From Selaginella moellendorffii (lineage: Eukaryota > Plantae > Lycopodiophyta), in NCBI RefSeq assembly GCF_000143415.4, contig NW_003314390.1, forward strand, positions 210,973 to 274,972: DNA of 64,000 bases, read 5' to 3'. The notes under the pieces are model-generated. The model did not search any database. It had not been told where the DNA came from and worked only from the letters and a program-made list of their open reading frames with translations. Below are positions 12,101-23,866 of this stretch, piece by piece (the first letter of the stretch is position 1; each line of letters opens with the position of its first letter). Both the position numbers and the translations under genes were made by a program.

Positions 12101-13096
12101 CTTTCACGGAAGACGACATCAACATGGATATACGCCGCCAGTTCAACCGTTGGTGCCGAAAGATACAAAGGCCCGTGCTCCCAGTTGCAGACTTCATTCT
12201 CTTTGACTTTCCAGATGGTCTTTCAGATATCGATGGGAAAGTTGAGGATTGGAACTTTCTCACACCTGACCACTTGCGCGATGCAATCCTATTGTCCGAA
12301 GCACTTATGCTCGAAGCTGGCCATGTCGTCTTCATCCTACCGAACGACCCCAACTGGATGTATGAGCTTATGACATGCGCAACAGAAGTTCATTTCAAGT
12401 CATTCTCTTCCGAGTGCATCATGGATCCTATTGGCGTTGATACGAGGGGCGTCCAAGGGAAGCCTGAAAAGGTGAGTATGTATTTTATATTTTTATCTAA
12501 TTTCTAAACATTTTTATTTTCCAAGTTATGATGTGGACCTATCATGCCTTCTGCAGAAACACATATGATGGGTTTCGTGATAGCAAACGTGCAGCATGAG
12601 TTTTGCCTGGGTACGACAGTTCCACTAACATCATACCCAACCTTGTGGATGAGCAGATCCGCAACACGTTTCCAGGGTACCGATTCCGAACTCCATCGGC
12701 AATGCAAGTCTTGCTTGAGCTCTATTGCCCACCAGATGGTGTTGTGATTGATTGCACAGCAGGTAGCGGTTCTATGGTGGAGGCAGCACGTGACTCTAGT
12801 AGGTCGGTGTTTGCTATTGAAGAACATCATTTCTTCAAATGCCGGCTCAGAGGATTTCGTGAGTTGCCTTCAACCTCAAGAAGGTAAATTATGTTTATTA
12901 AAATTTCAATATATATTTCATTCTATTTTATAGATCACAGTCACCTGGAGTTTCTAGAATTGGAGGCTTTGGAAGTCTCCCTGACTATGCAGAAGCCATG
13001 GCTCAACATATGCAAGGTGAATCTTCCCCACAATACCAATATAGGAGGAAGTATAAAAGAAATCATTATGTTGATGATGAGGCAGAAGAAACTTAA
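9115..13096 (+). pseudogene. MULE cargo gene: Pro-rich region + ParB/Srx-like domain + beta-class N6A/N4C DNA methyltransferase fold; multi-exon, with stops and a frameshift
   Basis: Putative exon 1 MPLR|GTAAGT (9115-9126) joins in frame at 9524; FQIIDGNHRYGA at 10297-10332; ADFILFDFPDG (motif IV-like) at 12187-12219 precedes RTPSAMQVLLELYCPPDGVVIDCTAGSGSMVEAARDSSRSVFAIEE (motif X-I-II-like) at ~12688-12824; stop at 13094-13096. Confidence 0.8.
9346..9429. repeat. GC-rich palindrome: 41-bp arms, 2-nt loop, 1 mismatch
   Basis: 9346-9386 is the reverse complement of 9389-9429 except for one position. Confidence 0.9.
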
Positions 13097-13395
13097 TTGC
13101 ATCCTTAAATAAAATGGAAAGCTTGTTATATGTTAGATGTCAGTGAAAGTGTCAGATGTCAGTAAAATTGTCAGATGTCAGTGTCAGTGTCAGATACCAT
13201 AATTATAGATTATCATTCTTGCTTGTCACCATCACTTTGTAGCACTTGTGTGTTGCCATCTCCTCCTTCAACATTTTGTAAACAATTGTATGTGATATGA
13301 TAGCACCTTCTAGAACAAAGTATGTTACCTACAACTAATATCATTTTATTATATTTTAGTGACAATACTATAGTATAGTAAAGTAATTCTAAATT

Positions 13396-13977
13396 TTATA
13401 TTCCACTATAGGGTGGCCTAAAAACCCCATATTTTGCAATAGCCAATGCAGTGTTTCCCAAGGGGATGTTGTTCCTCACTATGAAGCGATAGTGGGTATG
13501 TGTCTGTAACTCATTCTTGAATCTATTGTACATCCACACGTGCACATTTTCCAAACCTGCCGTTGGGCAATTTTTACAGTGCTCAAGAAAAGTTTGTAAA
13601 CCCATAGAGCCATTTGTCTTGTCCAAGAAAAAGTAGCATATTGGACACCGAATGTAATAGTATTCTATGCTTTCAAGTAGTCCTACCATGTCAGGAGCAA
13701 GATCTTGCAAAAACATGTGGCATTGCTCTTGAAGCGCTAGAGGCAATCCCTCTCTAGTAGCAAAATCTGGAATTTCACATATAGGGAGCTCTAATTTAGC
13801 TTCACTAGAGCCCTCGGCAGAAAAAGGATTGTTATGTGGAGGTGAAGGTGGAATGTTAGTAGAACTTGGGGATGGAGGTGGAGATTGATATGAAATGCTG
13901 GGGGGCCAAGTACGATTAGCAATGGGTCCCCTTTGAGCCATTTCAATATAAACTTCTAAAGAGCTCAAGGAGAACAC
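13396..13977 (-). CDS. MULE accessory ORF-D (likely ATG at 13944) with zf-XS-like zinc finger
   Basis: Uninterrupted ORF; Pro/Ser-rich N-terminus followed by RCPIC-x18-H-x12-H (GLQTFLEHCKNCPTAGLENVH). Confidence 0.6.
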   Translation of the reverse strand: MFSLSSLEVYIEMAQRGPIANRTWPPSISYQSPPPSPSSTNIPPSPPHNNPFSAEGSSEAKLELPICEIPDFATREGLPLALQEQCHMFLQDLAPDMVGLLESIEYYYIRCPICYFFLDKTNGSMGLQTFLEHCKNCPTAGLENVHVWMYNRFKNELQTHTHYRFIVRNNIPLGNTALAIAKYGVFRPPYSGI

Positions 13978-15416
13978 AAAACCTACAATGACTATAACTT
14001 TTCTAGATATTTTATATACTAAGTTTTAGTCTTGGGAATGAGGTTTATTTATTATGACACTGACAATACTTAGATTCTTGGGAATGAGGTTTATTTATTA
14101 TGACACTGACAATACTCAGATTCTTTAAATGTCAGTCTTGGAAATGGGGCTTCATAATCATAGCTTTCTTGTAAACATAAGAGCTTCTAGAATTTTAGAT
14201 TATCGTGTATACACATGCTCTATCATTATGATGAATCTTACTTTGCTACACATATATTCTTTTCTACACATGCCAAATGTCTAGGGAAATAAATTGCAAG
14301 GAAATATAGACCATATTATAGTGGTAGAGCACGTTGGCACGCTACCATTCTCTCATGTGAGATTGCTTTTTAGTCTTGGAAATGTAGATAAAGTTGATTC
14401 TTTGATGTGATATTACTTTTGAGTCTTTCGAAAGATTTTGATTTCTTTTATCATTATTTACAAACAATTCCCAAAATTTTTTAATGAGGATTCACTGCAA
14501 AATATACCTTGGTCTTATCATATGAGAGGATTGCGATATAGGCAAGCAATAGAGTTTTTAATATGAATTAATATGTAAATTACAAATGTCATGGAAAGTT
14601 TTATGGAGTAGATTTCTTGGTGCTTTCCGTTGTGCTATTCATTTCTTCATTTCTCTTACTCTGGACTGTTGTTTCAGAAGTAATAGGAGCATTTTTATCA
14701 ATCGTGATAGTGGTCTCCACATTCCCAGATGGGTAATAAGGACCAGGAGTGTAATATGGAGATTGTGGTAGTGAAACAAAATTAACATTCTCACATTCCT
14801 TTGTACTACAACTCTTACTCACAGATCTTGTATTTTCCTTGCTTCCCATCTTCTCAAGAACCCTAAAAAATCTTTCAAATGAAGGAATAGTATCTACAGC
14901 TGTAAAAGTATTCAAAATATTAAGTAGTCAAATCAAATATGACAGCTGTAACAGTTGTCATAATAAAATAATATAGTTTTATAAAAGATAGGTTCTCATG
15001 AACTTTGTCTTTTTTAAACAATTCAATCTTATAGAAACTTTTAACTTAGATATTTACGTATTTTAATATTTTAAAGTTTGCTAGAACCTTCATTTGTTCA
15101 ATTTAGATCTCCTTTGTAATATTTCTTATTGACTATGTTGACTTGAGTTGACTTGTGTTAAATTGAGCTCAACTCAACTTTGGACCATCCCCGCCACATA
15201 TTATGATGAGTCATGCTTGTTAAATTTGAAACTTGCAACCATAAAGTGCAATGGTCTTTCTAGATTCCTGGCTTAGCCACACTGCTTGGATCCCCTTGCC
15301 ACAATGTTTCAACTACTTTTAACAAGTTTGTTTCCTTTTGAATCTTAGGTTTACTAAAATGTTTAAAGCTGCCACTTAGGGCAAAAACCCTAGCTGCCAG
15401 TAGGACAGCGTAGCTT

Positions 15417-17911
15417 ATGGAGGTGGATGGGGAAATCCGGGAAGTTGAACGGCAGATTAAAGTGGTTGAGCGCCAAATTATCGCGGTTGAGGGGCAACTC
15501 GAGCAACCAAATGATCCCGAGAAGGAGAAGCGGCTGTTCGAAAAGGAGAAGCAGCTGCGCAAGGAGAAAAAGCAGCTGCGCAAGGAGAAAGAGCAGCTGC
15601 GCGACAAGGAGCTCCTCTCATTGAGGTCCAAGAGGAAGTCCCAGGGTAAGCTGCTACTTCCTTTGTTGGATGTTTCCTTTGCCCTGCACTTGTCTCACTT
15701 GTCCATTGGCTATGGCGGATCGTTTGATTGCTGCCTGTGGCACTGTGGTTTCTTGAACGGCACCTTGTTGTGGTTGGCTGTTTTGTGTACACAGATTGTT
15801 ATTCTTTACTGCGCTGCCTGCATGCGTTGTAACCAGTTTCTTGGTTTTTCTTACAAAAACAGACGTTCATGTTCACAAGCGGCTTCGTCCTAGCGTGCCT
15901 TTCCTGGTACCGAGAAATTTTTCACATGCGCTTCCTTTCAAGGGGAGAGACACAGAAATGGCTACGGTTGCAGAGCATGTGGATAAGTATTACAACTCCA
16001 TTTGCTTTGCAAGTGGGGTTATCCAGCGTGCTAGCATGCTGTTTGTATTATTTGAAGGCCTTAGTGGAGTCGGAAAAACTAGATGCTTGATGGAGATTCA
16101 CAGGAATGTGGAGGGCTATTTACGAAGTGCAAAGCTCAAGGAACTGTATCTGGCTAAGGCGGTCACCCAACTCTTCATCAGCTTCAATTGCACAGCTGTG
16201 GCAGACAGGAAGCCGCATTACGTCACTCCCTTCTTTGCAAAGGCCGTGAAAGACAAGGGTGGAAGAGCAGCAGGCTACATGTTTATGAGGGCATGTTTAC
16301 TAGCGGGGGGTATCTATGGTCAGTCTTTCGTGGAACTGGATGATCGAACTCAACAATGGATACTGTATGGCAAAGAGCCCATGACCGTATTGGCGAATAA
16401 CATCAGGGTGGCACTTGGGTTGCAGCCGTGCCAGCGGATTTTCGTGTACCTCTTGATGGATGACCTGCACGCCGTAACTGAAGGCACGCCGTAACTGAAG
16501 GCTCATTCGTGCATGGAATGTGGGATTACCTTAGCACCTTCATGTCCACTGACTTTCGACCGGCTCCATATCAAACTTGCCAAATGGTGATACTACCGGT
16601 TGCTGCTGCCACTTTGGTGCCATCCTGTGGATGCTTTGGCCTGTCAGACTGGCTGGCCTGCCAGATCAAACTAGAGCCCCTCAGCGAGGTCTCAGCAATA
16701 GATGTTCTGAAGGAGGCAATACAGACTAGTCGGCTCACTGAATGCCTGCCAGTCATCCGCAACGTTATACGTGATGTGAGCTACCTGCCCCGGCTCTTGC
16801 AGTATATATATGAAGCTTGGAAGCTAAGACCCGAATTGGATAGCGCAGACTTGCGTGATCTTGAGGGTCACTTACGCAGATGTTTGGAGTTGAAGCTGAG
16901 CATGTGGACGCACGAGATCCTGGCAATAAGCAATACCGATGCAGTGAGACGAATGGTGAGGTTGTGCTTGACAGGCGACGCCGCAGACATGGGGTTTATG
17001 GAGACAAAGGAGTGCACGTATGGCTACGTCACCTGGAAGCGGTGTGGAAGCAGCGGATATACGTTCCATTAGCCAAGCTTGTTGCTGGTGGGGCTTGCCA
17101 AGGAACTGAGGGTGCATCGATATCTCACTCTTTCGGATATTAGCGCGTTGACGAGTGATAACTTTGAGCTGCCTCTTTTGGACATGATTCACGCGCGAAT
17201 GAGGCTTCATGCAGGAAGTGAATGCCTTCTTTCAGATCTCTTCCGCAGGGCATGTGGCTCGAATAAGGCAATGACAGCGAAGATGCAGATCGCATCTAAG
17301 ATCGTTTTTGGGGACGAAGCTGCACAGTTTTACGTGCTGAACAGGAGTAAAAACGGCTTCGAGCACTCGGGTGATGAAGGCATGGTGCTCCAATGTGGTA
17401 CTGACTTTCAGCGTCCATTTGGCAACAGTGAACAATCTGTGATTACAAAAACGCACACGAACTCTCTGGGCATTGACATGAGGGTGTTTGCAAGACATGG
17501 AGGCACGCTTTTGCGACATGATGGGGCTGATTTTGTTTCTTTTGCAGACAGCGAAATTGAAATATGGGCCCAGGCGAAAGGCAGGACATCCCCTCTAGGC
17601 TGGAGCCAAGTAATTGAGTGCATTAAAGTGTGCTTCCAAGAATGTTTCAACCTCGAACCAGGTGTGAAGAAGTTCTGTGTGGTCTTTAGTCTGCACGGTT
17701 TCACATTCGAGAAAGTGGATCTCTATACACTTTTCAAGGTAAGCCAGGCTTCATTTCTGTTATGAAACTAACTATTGACCTTCAGGAGGAGGGGATCAGA
17801 ATGGGAGACACAGCCAAGTTCAGCAAGATGTATGAACACACTCTCCTCGTTGATCAAACTGGCTTGAATGTTTTCATGCCGGATGTCATGCAGCGACACT
17901 ATAATTATTAA
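15417..17911 (+). pseudogene. Crinkler/RHS-type coiled-coil + P-loop NTPase + REase-fold gene, disrupted
   Basis: EKxQLR coiled-coil repeats; Walker A GLSGVGKT; Walker B LLMDD; IDMRVF...IWAQAK; introns 15646-15862 and ~17739-17784; 17-bp duplication frameshift at 16468-16501 and in-frame stop at 17070. Confidence 0.75.
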
Positions 17912-20899
17912 GACTACAAGGAAAACAGAAGGGTTAAGGGAATCTTGTGATTTAGAGTATGGGTTCACATTAACATAAATTCTCATGACCTAACAGTATG
18001 AGGTGAGACTCTTTAATATTTTAGAAACTTTTTCAGATGTATCAAATATCATGTTATATTTCTAACATTTAATATCAACATTCGCAAAATGTAAATGAAT
18101 ACCTAAGACTTGATCACGAATATTATATCTTTGGATATCCATATGGCACTAACATTCTTCTTCAATCACCTTTAAAATTCAATTTAATGCCAAAATACTA
18201 ACAAGAAAAATGACATGAAAATCAATTAATTTTCATATTTTACACATCTTTGATCTCTGAAGGGAAAGTTGTGTTATTTCATCAATCTTTCACAATTGTT
18301 AAAGTCTTCTTCAGTGTCAGGGGACTCTTTCTTGAGTTTGTTGAGTCTTAAGTATTAGGAATTTTTCTTAAGTATCAAGAAATTTTTATGATTGTTGAAA
18401 CTTTTGTGTCTTCATTCCGAATTTAGTTGCTTTAATTTTATAAAAGAATTATGGAATGATGAAGAAGTAAATGTTTTATTGTGTATATCATCCTAAGCAA
18501 AGCAAAAGGAGAAACTTTAGGTGATATGAAGTTATGCTTAAGCTTAAGCATTCAAAAAAAAAGACTCAAAACCACTGAGCATAGGATGAGTTTGAAATTA
18601 GAGTTTGGCATACATTGCTAAAAAACTCAAATTCAAATTGTTTTGCCATCAATTTTTTAAAAAAATTCTAAAAGAAAAAGGAATGGAGTTTGTTTGATGT
18701 GGAAAACACAATTAACTATTCTAGAATTCTTTCCTTTTGAGAAAATTCTCACTTAGATTTTTAAAAGACACATTGTTTAACAGTATGTCACAATTTTTCT
18801 AGGCATACATAAGCAGGAAAATTAAGCACTTGTAACTCTTGTCTTTGACTCCAGATTAAAGAGAGCTAAATTCAATATTAAATTAGAGAATTATTTACCT
18901 AAATCTTATGAAGCTTTGATAGAGGCAAAATCACAATTAAAACATTGTGATGTTTCAAGACTTTGATCTAAGTTCTTTTAGCTTAGATTACTACTCAGAC
19001 ATAGTTTAAGAGTAGATTTATCCTGAGTTTAAGTCTCTTATGCATATTGTAAGAGCCTATGAGACTCGAACAAGATTCATAAGTCAAAAATTCAGAAATA
19101 GTTATTACAAACTACTCTAACCATTTGAATCGCTTTATATATAGTACACCTAAGTGAATTAATTAAAACTCAAAAATTTGTCATACAAGTTTGAGTAAAG
19201 TCTTCCACAAATTAACTATCACATATTTAAAAAGCTATCTAATGTTATTCCACAAGTAAATTGATCTAGAATAGGCTATCATATGTTAGACAATTTGACC
19301 CTTCTATTGATTCTATAAGGCAATTTCACAAATTGGTCTCCATGCCCCATTCAAAGTAGTCCTTAGTATTAATCCAGTTTATCTAAAATTTGCCAAGAGC
19401 AATAAGCTATTTTTTCTAATTTTACAGTTGTAAGGGAAAGGTTAGTTATAAGCCAGAGGGTAAGACCTATTGTGAAGTAGATAAGTTACTCTAGAATTGA
19501 TTATCAGGTGTCAGAGACTTTGCATTGAATTAATCTTAATTACACTAGACACGGCCAAAAAAGGACAGTCTTTCTGTGCACCTAGGTGGAGAGATTGAGA
19601 ATTAATGACCCTTCACTATCTTGATAGAAGTTAAATGGGGGAATTGATGTAGACAAAATAAGAATATTTACTAACGATCCACCACACATATCAAAAGATA
19701 TATTTTGCTTATAGATCTAGATAAAAGTTGGTTGATCCCCACTCTATATGACTAGACAAAAGTATAAAAAAGAAAAAACTAAATTATCTTATATATCTAA
19801 CTAGGCTAATGAATGATAGATTTAACAAAATATTTAAACAGTTTGATGAATTATCAAATGAAACACTTGACAATATTCTGCTCAAGGTATATAGAAGTCT
19901 AACCTTTGGTACCTTTACTATTGTTAAAAAAGGTGTGATAATACAAATAAATTACTTTGTAAGTACATAGAATAAGCAATACTTATATCTGTAGAGTTAC
20001 TTATACAAAAAGAAAATAGTACTAGGATTCTTTCTAGATAGAGAGATAATCTGCTTATCCGAGCTAGATACAAATTCTAAGTATTATAACATACAAAGGA
20101 TTTATCAAATTTTGCTTACTATACAATTGCTAAAATTCTATGCAATCTCAGGCAAAAAAGCTATTATGGGAACTTTAATGGTTCACAATAAAGTTTGGAT
20201 ACCCATATGTAAAAATACACTTGCTGATAATTGAGCTAATAGACATTGAATCAATTCTAAATACGGATTGATAGGTAACAAAATTTTATAAAGTAAAAAT
20301 CTCTTAAGGTGGACCACATTTGAGCAAGACAAATATATTGTGAAAGATAACATTTGTTACTCAAGAAATTTTAGGGACTTTTATATAAGAAATGTTTTAT
20401 ACATTTGGCCTTTAAAGGAAAAACCATCTCCATTTCAAAATTAATTAGGAAGTTAGATTTTTGCTTCTAAAAGTGACTAATAAATCAATTTACAAAAGGA
20501 ATACATTACATACCAAAACATTATACCATTCACTCCATAAATGAAGCATAATAACTAAGCTTGCCATAGTAGCAATGCCAACAGACCTTGAAATATATAG
20601 GCATAAATCAATAATTGATCTTACCTATAAAGTTTTAGAGGGTATAGTCCTTATGCATAAAATTATCATTATTTATACAAAGCTAAATAAAAGTTTGAAA
20701 GAAAGTAAACTGAAAACATATTAGGTACACCTCAACAAAGAGGAGACCAAAAATCTCAATATGACTTTGACGGTCATCTAGAATATGTGAATCCATATGC
20801 TACTCCTTTTTGGCAGTATCGGCATATAGAAAGTACCTCTACTTTAGCTAAGAGTAGTGGAATACAAAATAATTGGAATGATTTCTCACAAAAAGAAGA

Positions 20900-21750
20900 A
20901 GAGCTAAATTTATAATTTTACCTTTTGATAGTGATTTAGGTTCCCTTACAAACCAAATACCTATTTTGCTTATACTAGTTGCAAAATGAAGTATTTTTTA
21001 TCAAATTGTATTGAGCACTATAGTAATTATAGGAACGGTAATATGCATTGTTATTACATATCCATCTTTTTCTAGAATCAAAGGAGAGGACCCACAATTA
21101 TATATTGAACAATATATAAAAGTAATCAAGCTTAATCAAGTAGATGGGTAGGAAAAGAATATTTTTCCTTTTATGTTAAAAAACAAAGCTAAAGATTGCT
21201 ATTATGACAATGATGTCAAAAAGTTTAGCACATTTGATGAGTAGGCAAAATTTTTCCTTAAAGCTTTCTTCGTAGAAATAAACCCAAAAAAAAATTATGA
21301 TGAGTTGCAAAAACTTCATTAAGGAAAATTTGAGATAATCGAGGAATATACAATTTGATTCAACAAGTGTTATAAACATTGTAAAGACTTAGTGTTAGAC
21401 AAAATGCAGTCTATACATATAAAGCCTTAAGATAATTTATCATAAACATGAGATAAAAAGAACTAATACAAATTTCGATTACTTGAAAAAAGCTATGATT
21501 GCTTACCAAGATCTCATAAAACATGACATGGTAGATATAGTTAAGTCAAATAAAAAGATGACTCTTATAAACAAGGAAATTAGTCATTTAAAGAGCTTTA
21601 AATTGCAATCCAGTGTACCAAATACAAAAATGAAGGCCATAGCAAGGAAAAATGCAAACTTTAATTGATTAAGTGCCAATTTTGTAAAAACGAGGGGCAT
21701 TCAGGTAAGGAATGTAGAACCTTGTTTAAACAACTAAGAGGCTAACATGC
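20900..21750 (+). mobile_element. Degraded LTR-retrotransposon gag remnant in an AT-rich block (~18.0-22.4 kb)
   Basis: Zinc knuckle CQFCKNEGHSGKEC at 21674-21715; surrounding frames are broken by stops; boundaries approximate. Confidence 0.6.
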
Positions 21751-23866
21751 AACCCGAGTTGATAAAACAATATATAGGAAATATATCCACTTGACGATAG
21801 AAGTTATTGTAGGAAAAATGATTACAATGATAATTGAAGTGCTAAACATAAATACCCACATGCTAAAAGGCAAGATAACTATTGAAATTATCTACCTATG
21901 GATAATTTTTGAGATTATCCACTTAACTATGAGGAAAATAGGCCTAAAGACTATAATTGTCCTAGAAAATATGATCAACTAAAAAGTTATAATAAGCCTA
22001 AGAGAATATAAAAGGCTAAAAAAGTATGATCAAGTTAAAACTTCTACTTGCTATTCTAGGTTATATAATCATATTGAATCATCAAACAAAAATTATAAAC
22101 CTAAGGATACACAACCTATAATTAGGCACGTTGAGATAAAATAGTCAAATACAAAAGAGCTATTTAATGTTTATGTCATACCCAAAACCTAACAAAGAAG
22201 AGTTAAATATGAAAGCCAAAATAAAGGGAGTGATGATGAAGTAAAAATCATCCCTAACTCTTAATGGTGCCAAAAGAAAAAAATTAACGCAAAAATCACT
22301 TAACAACTCTAAAATTGATTTAAAGAATAGTTATTTTCTCATACTTTTACTGGTTAACATGAATTTACCACTAGTGTAGAAAGAAAACCTTCAGAAACTC
22401 TGTGCGTATCCTTCTATTGTGTAAACTAGTTATTCTATGTGAGGCAATTAGTCATTCACCCGTACCATAGTCTCTTAAAAGGAGGGACATACGCATGGAA
22501 CGATTTAAATTTAGGGGAAAAAAAGTTAAAATAATAAAATAAAAATAAAATATTTTTTTTAAGTAGCCACTAATCAATGGGAATCAAACCCATATCATTT
22601 ACTTTGATACCACATGTAATGCATCTCTTCTTAACCCAATTGGAAAAAAGGCAATTACTTAATAAAATAACCTTTAATAGCTATTTTATCTTTATTTATC
22701 CCTTAAAGTTTCACAGATCCACAATATCCAAATCTCATCCCATAGTCACATACACTACACATTACCTTCTAAGCTAACTTGATCAATCTGTTGGTTTTCC
22801 ACCCAAACAAAACCATCTATTTCCAGTTTAAAAGAAAACAAAAAATCAACTAAGTGCTCTTAAGTGACTGACTAGCGATCATCTTACCATAATGGTCACT
22901 GCCAGTCTGTAGCTCTTTAGACATGCTGCCCACCATTTCCTGTATGGTATACATAGATGGCTCATAGAGATTTTTTACGCTTGCATGGCCTTTCCAGTCC
23001 ATTGTCACCATCCACGAAGCGTGTAGCAATTAGAGTACACATACAGCTTACAGTGGCTTGGAGAAGAATTGCACACAGTCTGAAGGTCTTCTATCGATGA
23101 GTCTGAGTTGGGAAGAAGGTTTTCCATGTCAGCCTGGGTGGTCGACTGGGTCCTAAAGTCTTCATTGTCAGCCTCACACATGATCATAAAGTCCTCTTTT
23201 TTGTGAGATGGCAATGCCAGGTCTGGTGCTTGGCTGTAAGCCGGCTCTTGTTCATGGGATCTTGTAAACTGGCCAAGGTTTCGTAGCATCCTGTCCAGTA
23301 TCGGTGTGAATTGCATCTCTCCATCTTGGAATGCAGTTGAGTAGGCCACATCGTTCATTGCAATGAAGCGTTTCGCCTGACATCTCCACAGCAGCAAACC
23401 TTAAGAGACGAAGCAAGGGTTTGTCAAAAACCTCACCGGTCATACGAGGGCATCTGATGCATGATCTCTGTACGTAATCCACCAGTTTTTACTGGGGGTT
23501 GACAAGGCCTACATGAAGACTTCACCGGTTGGCCACTTCTTCATTAGGTGAGAACTAGCGCTTTGGTATTGACAAACTTGCAGGTTGGTGCAAGGGTAGT
23601 GCCCAAAAGAAGTTATACGATGGCTCAAAACTCTATAGCCGGTCGTCAAGTGAACGCAAGCGAGATATCTTAGGTGCTCGAGATGAGCTCCCGAGCAATA
23701 AAATTTACATCCAGTTAATATGAGATCTTGAAAGTCAAAGAGTCGGAACTTCCATTGACTACCATTGACTTTGAATGCCTGGATAGCACATCAGCAAAGG
23801 ATGATCTTATTGTCTCTTTAAACACAACGCAGTTGGACCTATACTAGCCTGGTGGGGTGTGTGTGT

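Larger units (their letters stand above)
3504..15191. mobile_element. Large multi-gene Mutator-like element (MULE) with degenerate short TIRs
   Basis: 9-bp direct repeat CGCCACATA at 3495-3503 and 15192-15200; ends GGG...CCC share an inverted GAGTTGAGCTCAATTT; contains a MULE-type transposase. Confidence 0.9.

Noticed and set aside
14601-14915. Fifth ORF in the MULE
   Set aside because: Short, non-ATG start in the track, low complexity and no recognisable motif; cannot be supported
22880-23700. Minus-strand gene remnant (ORF 23005-23397) with faint resemblance to MED25
   Set aside because: Similarity too weak and frames broken; left unassigned
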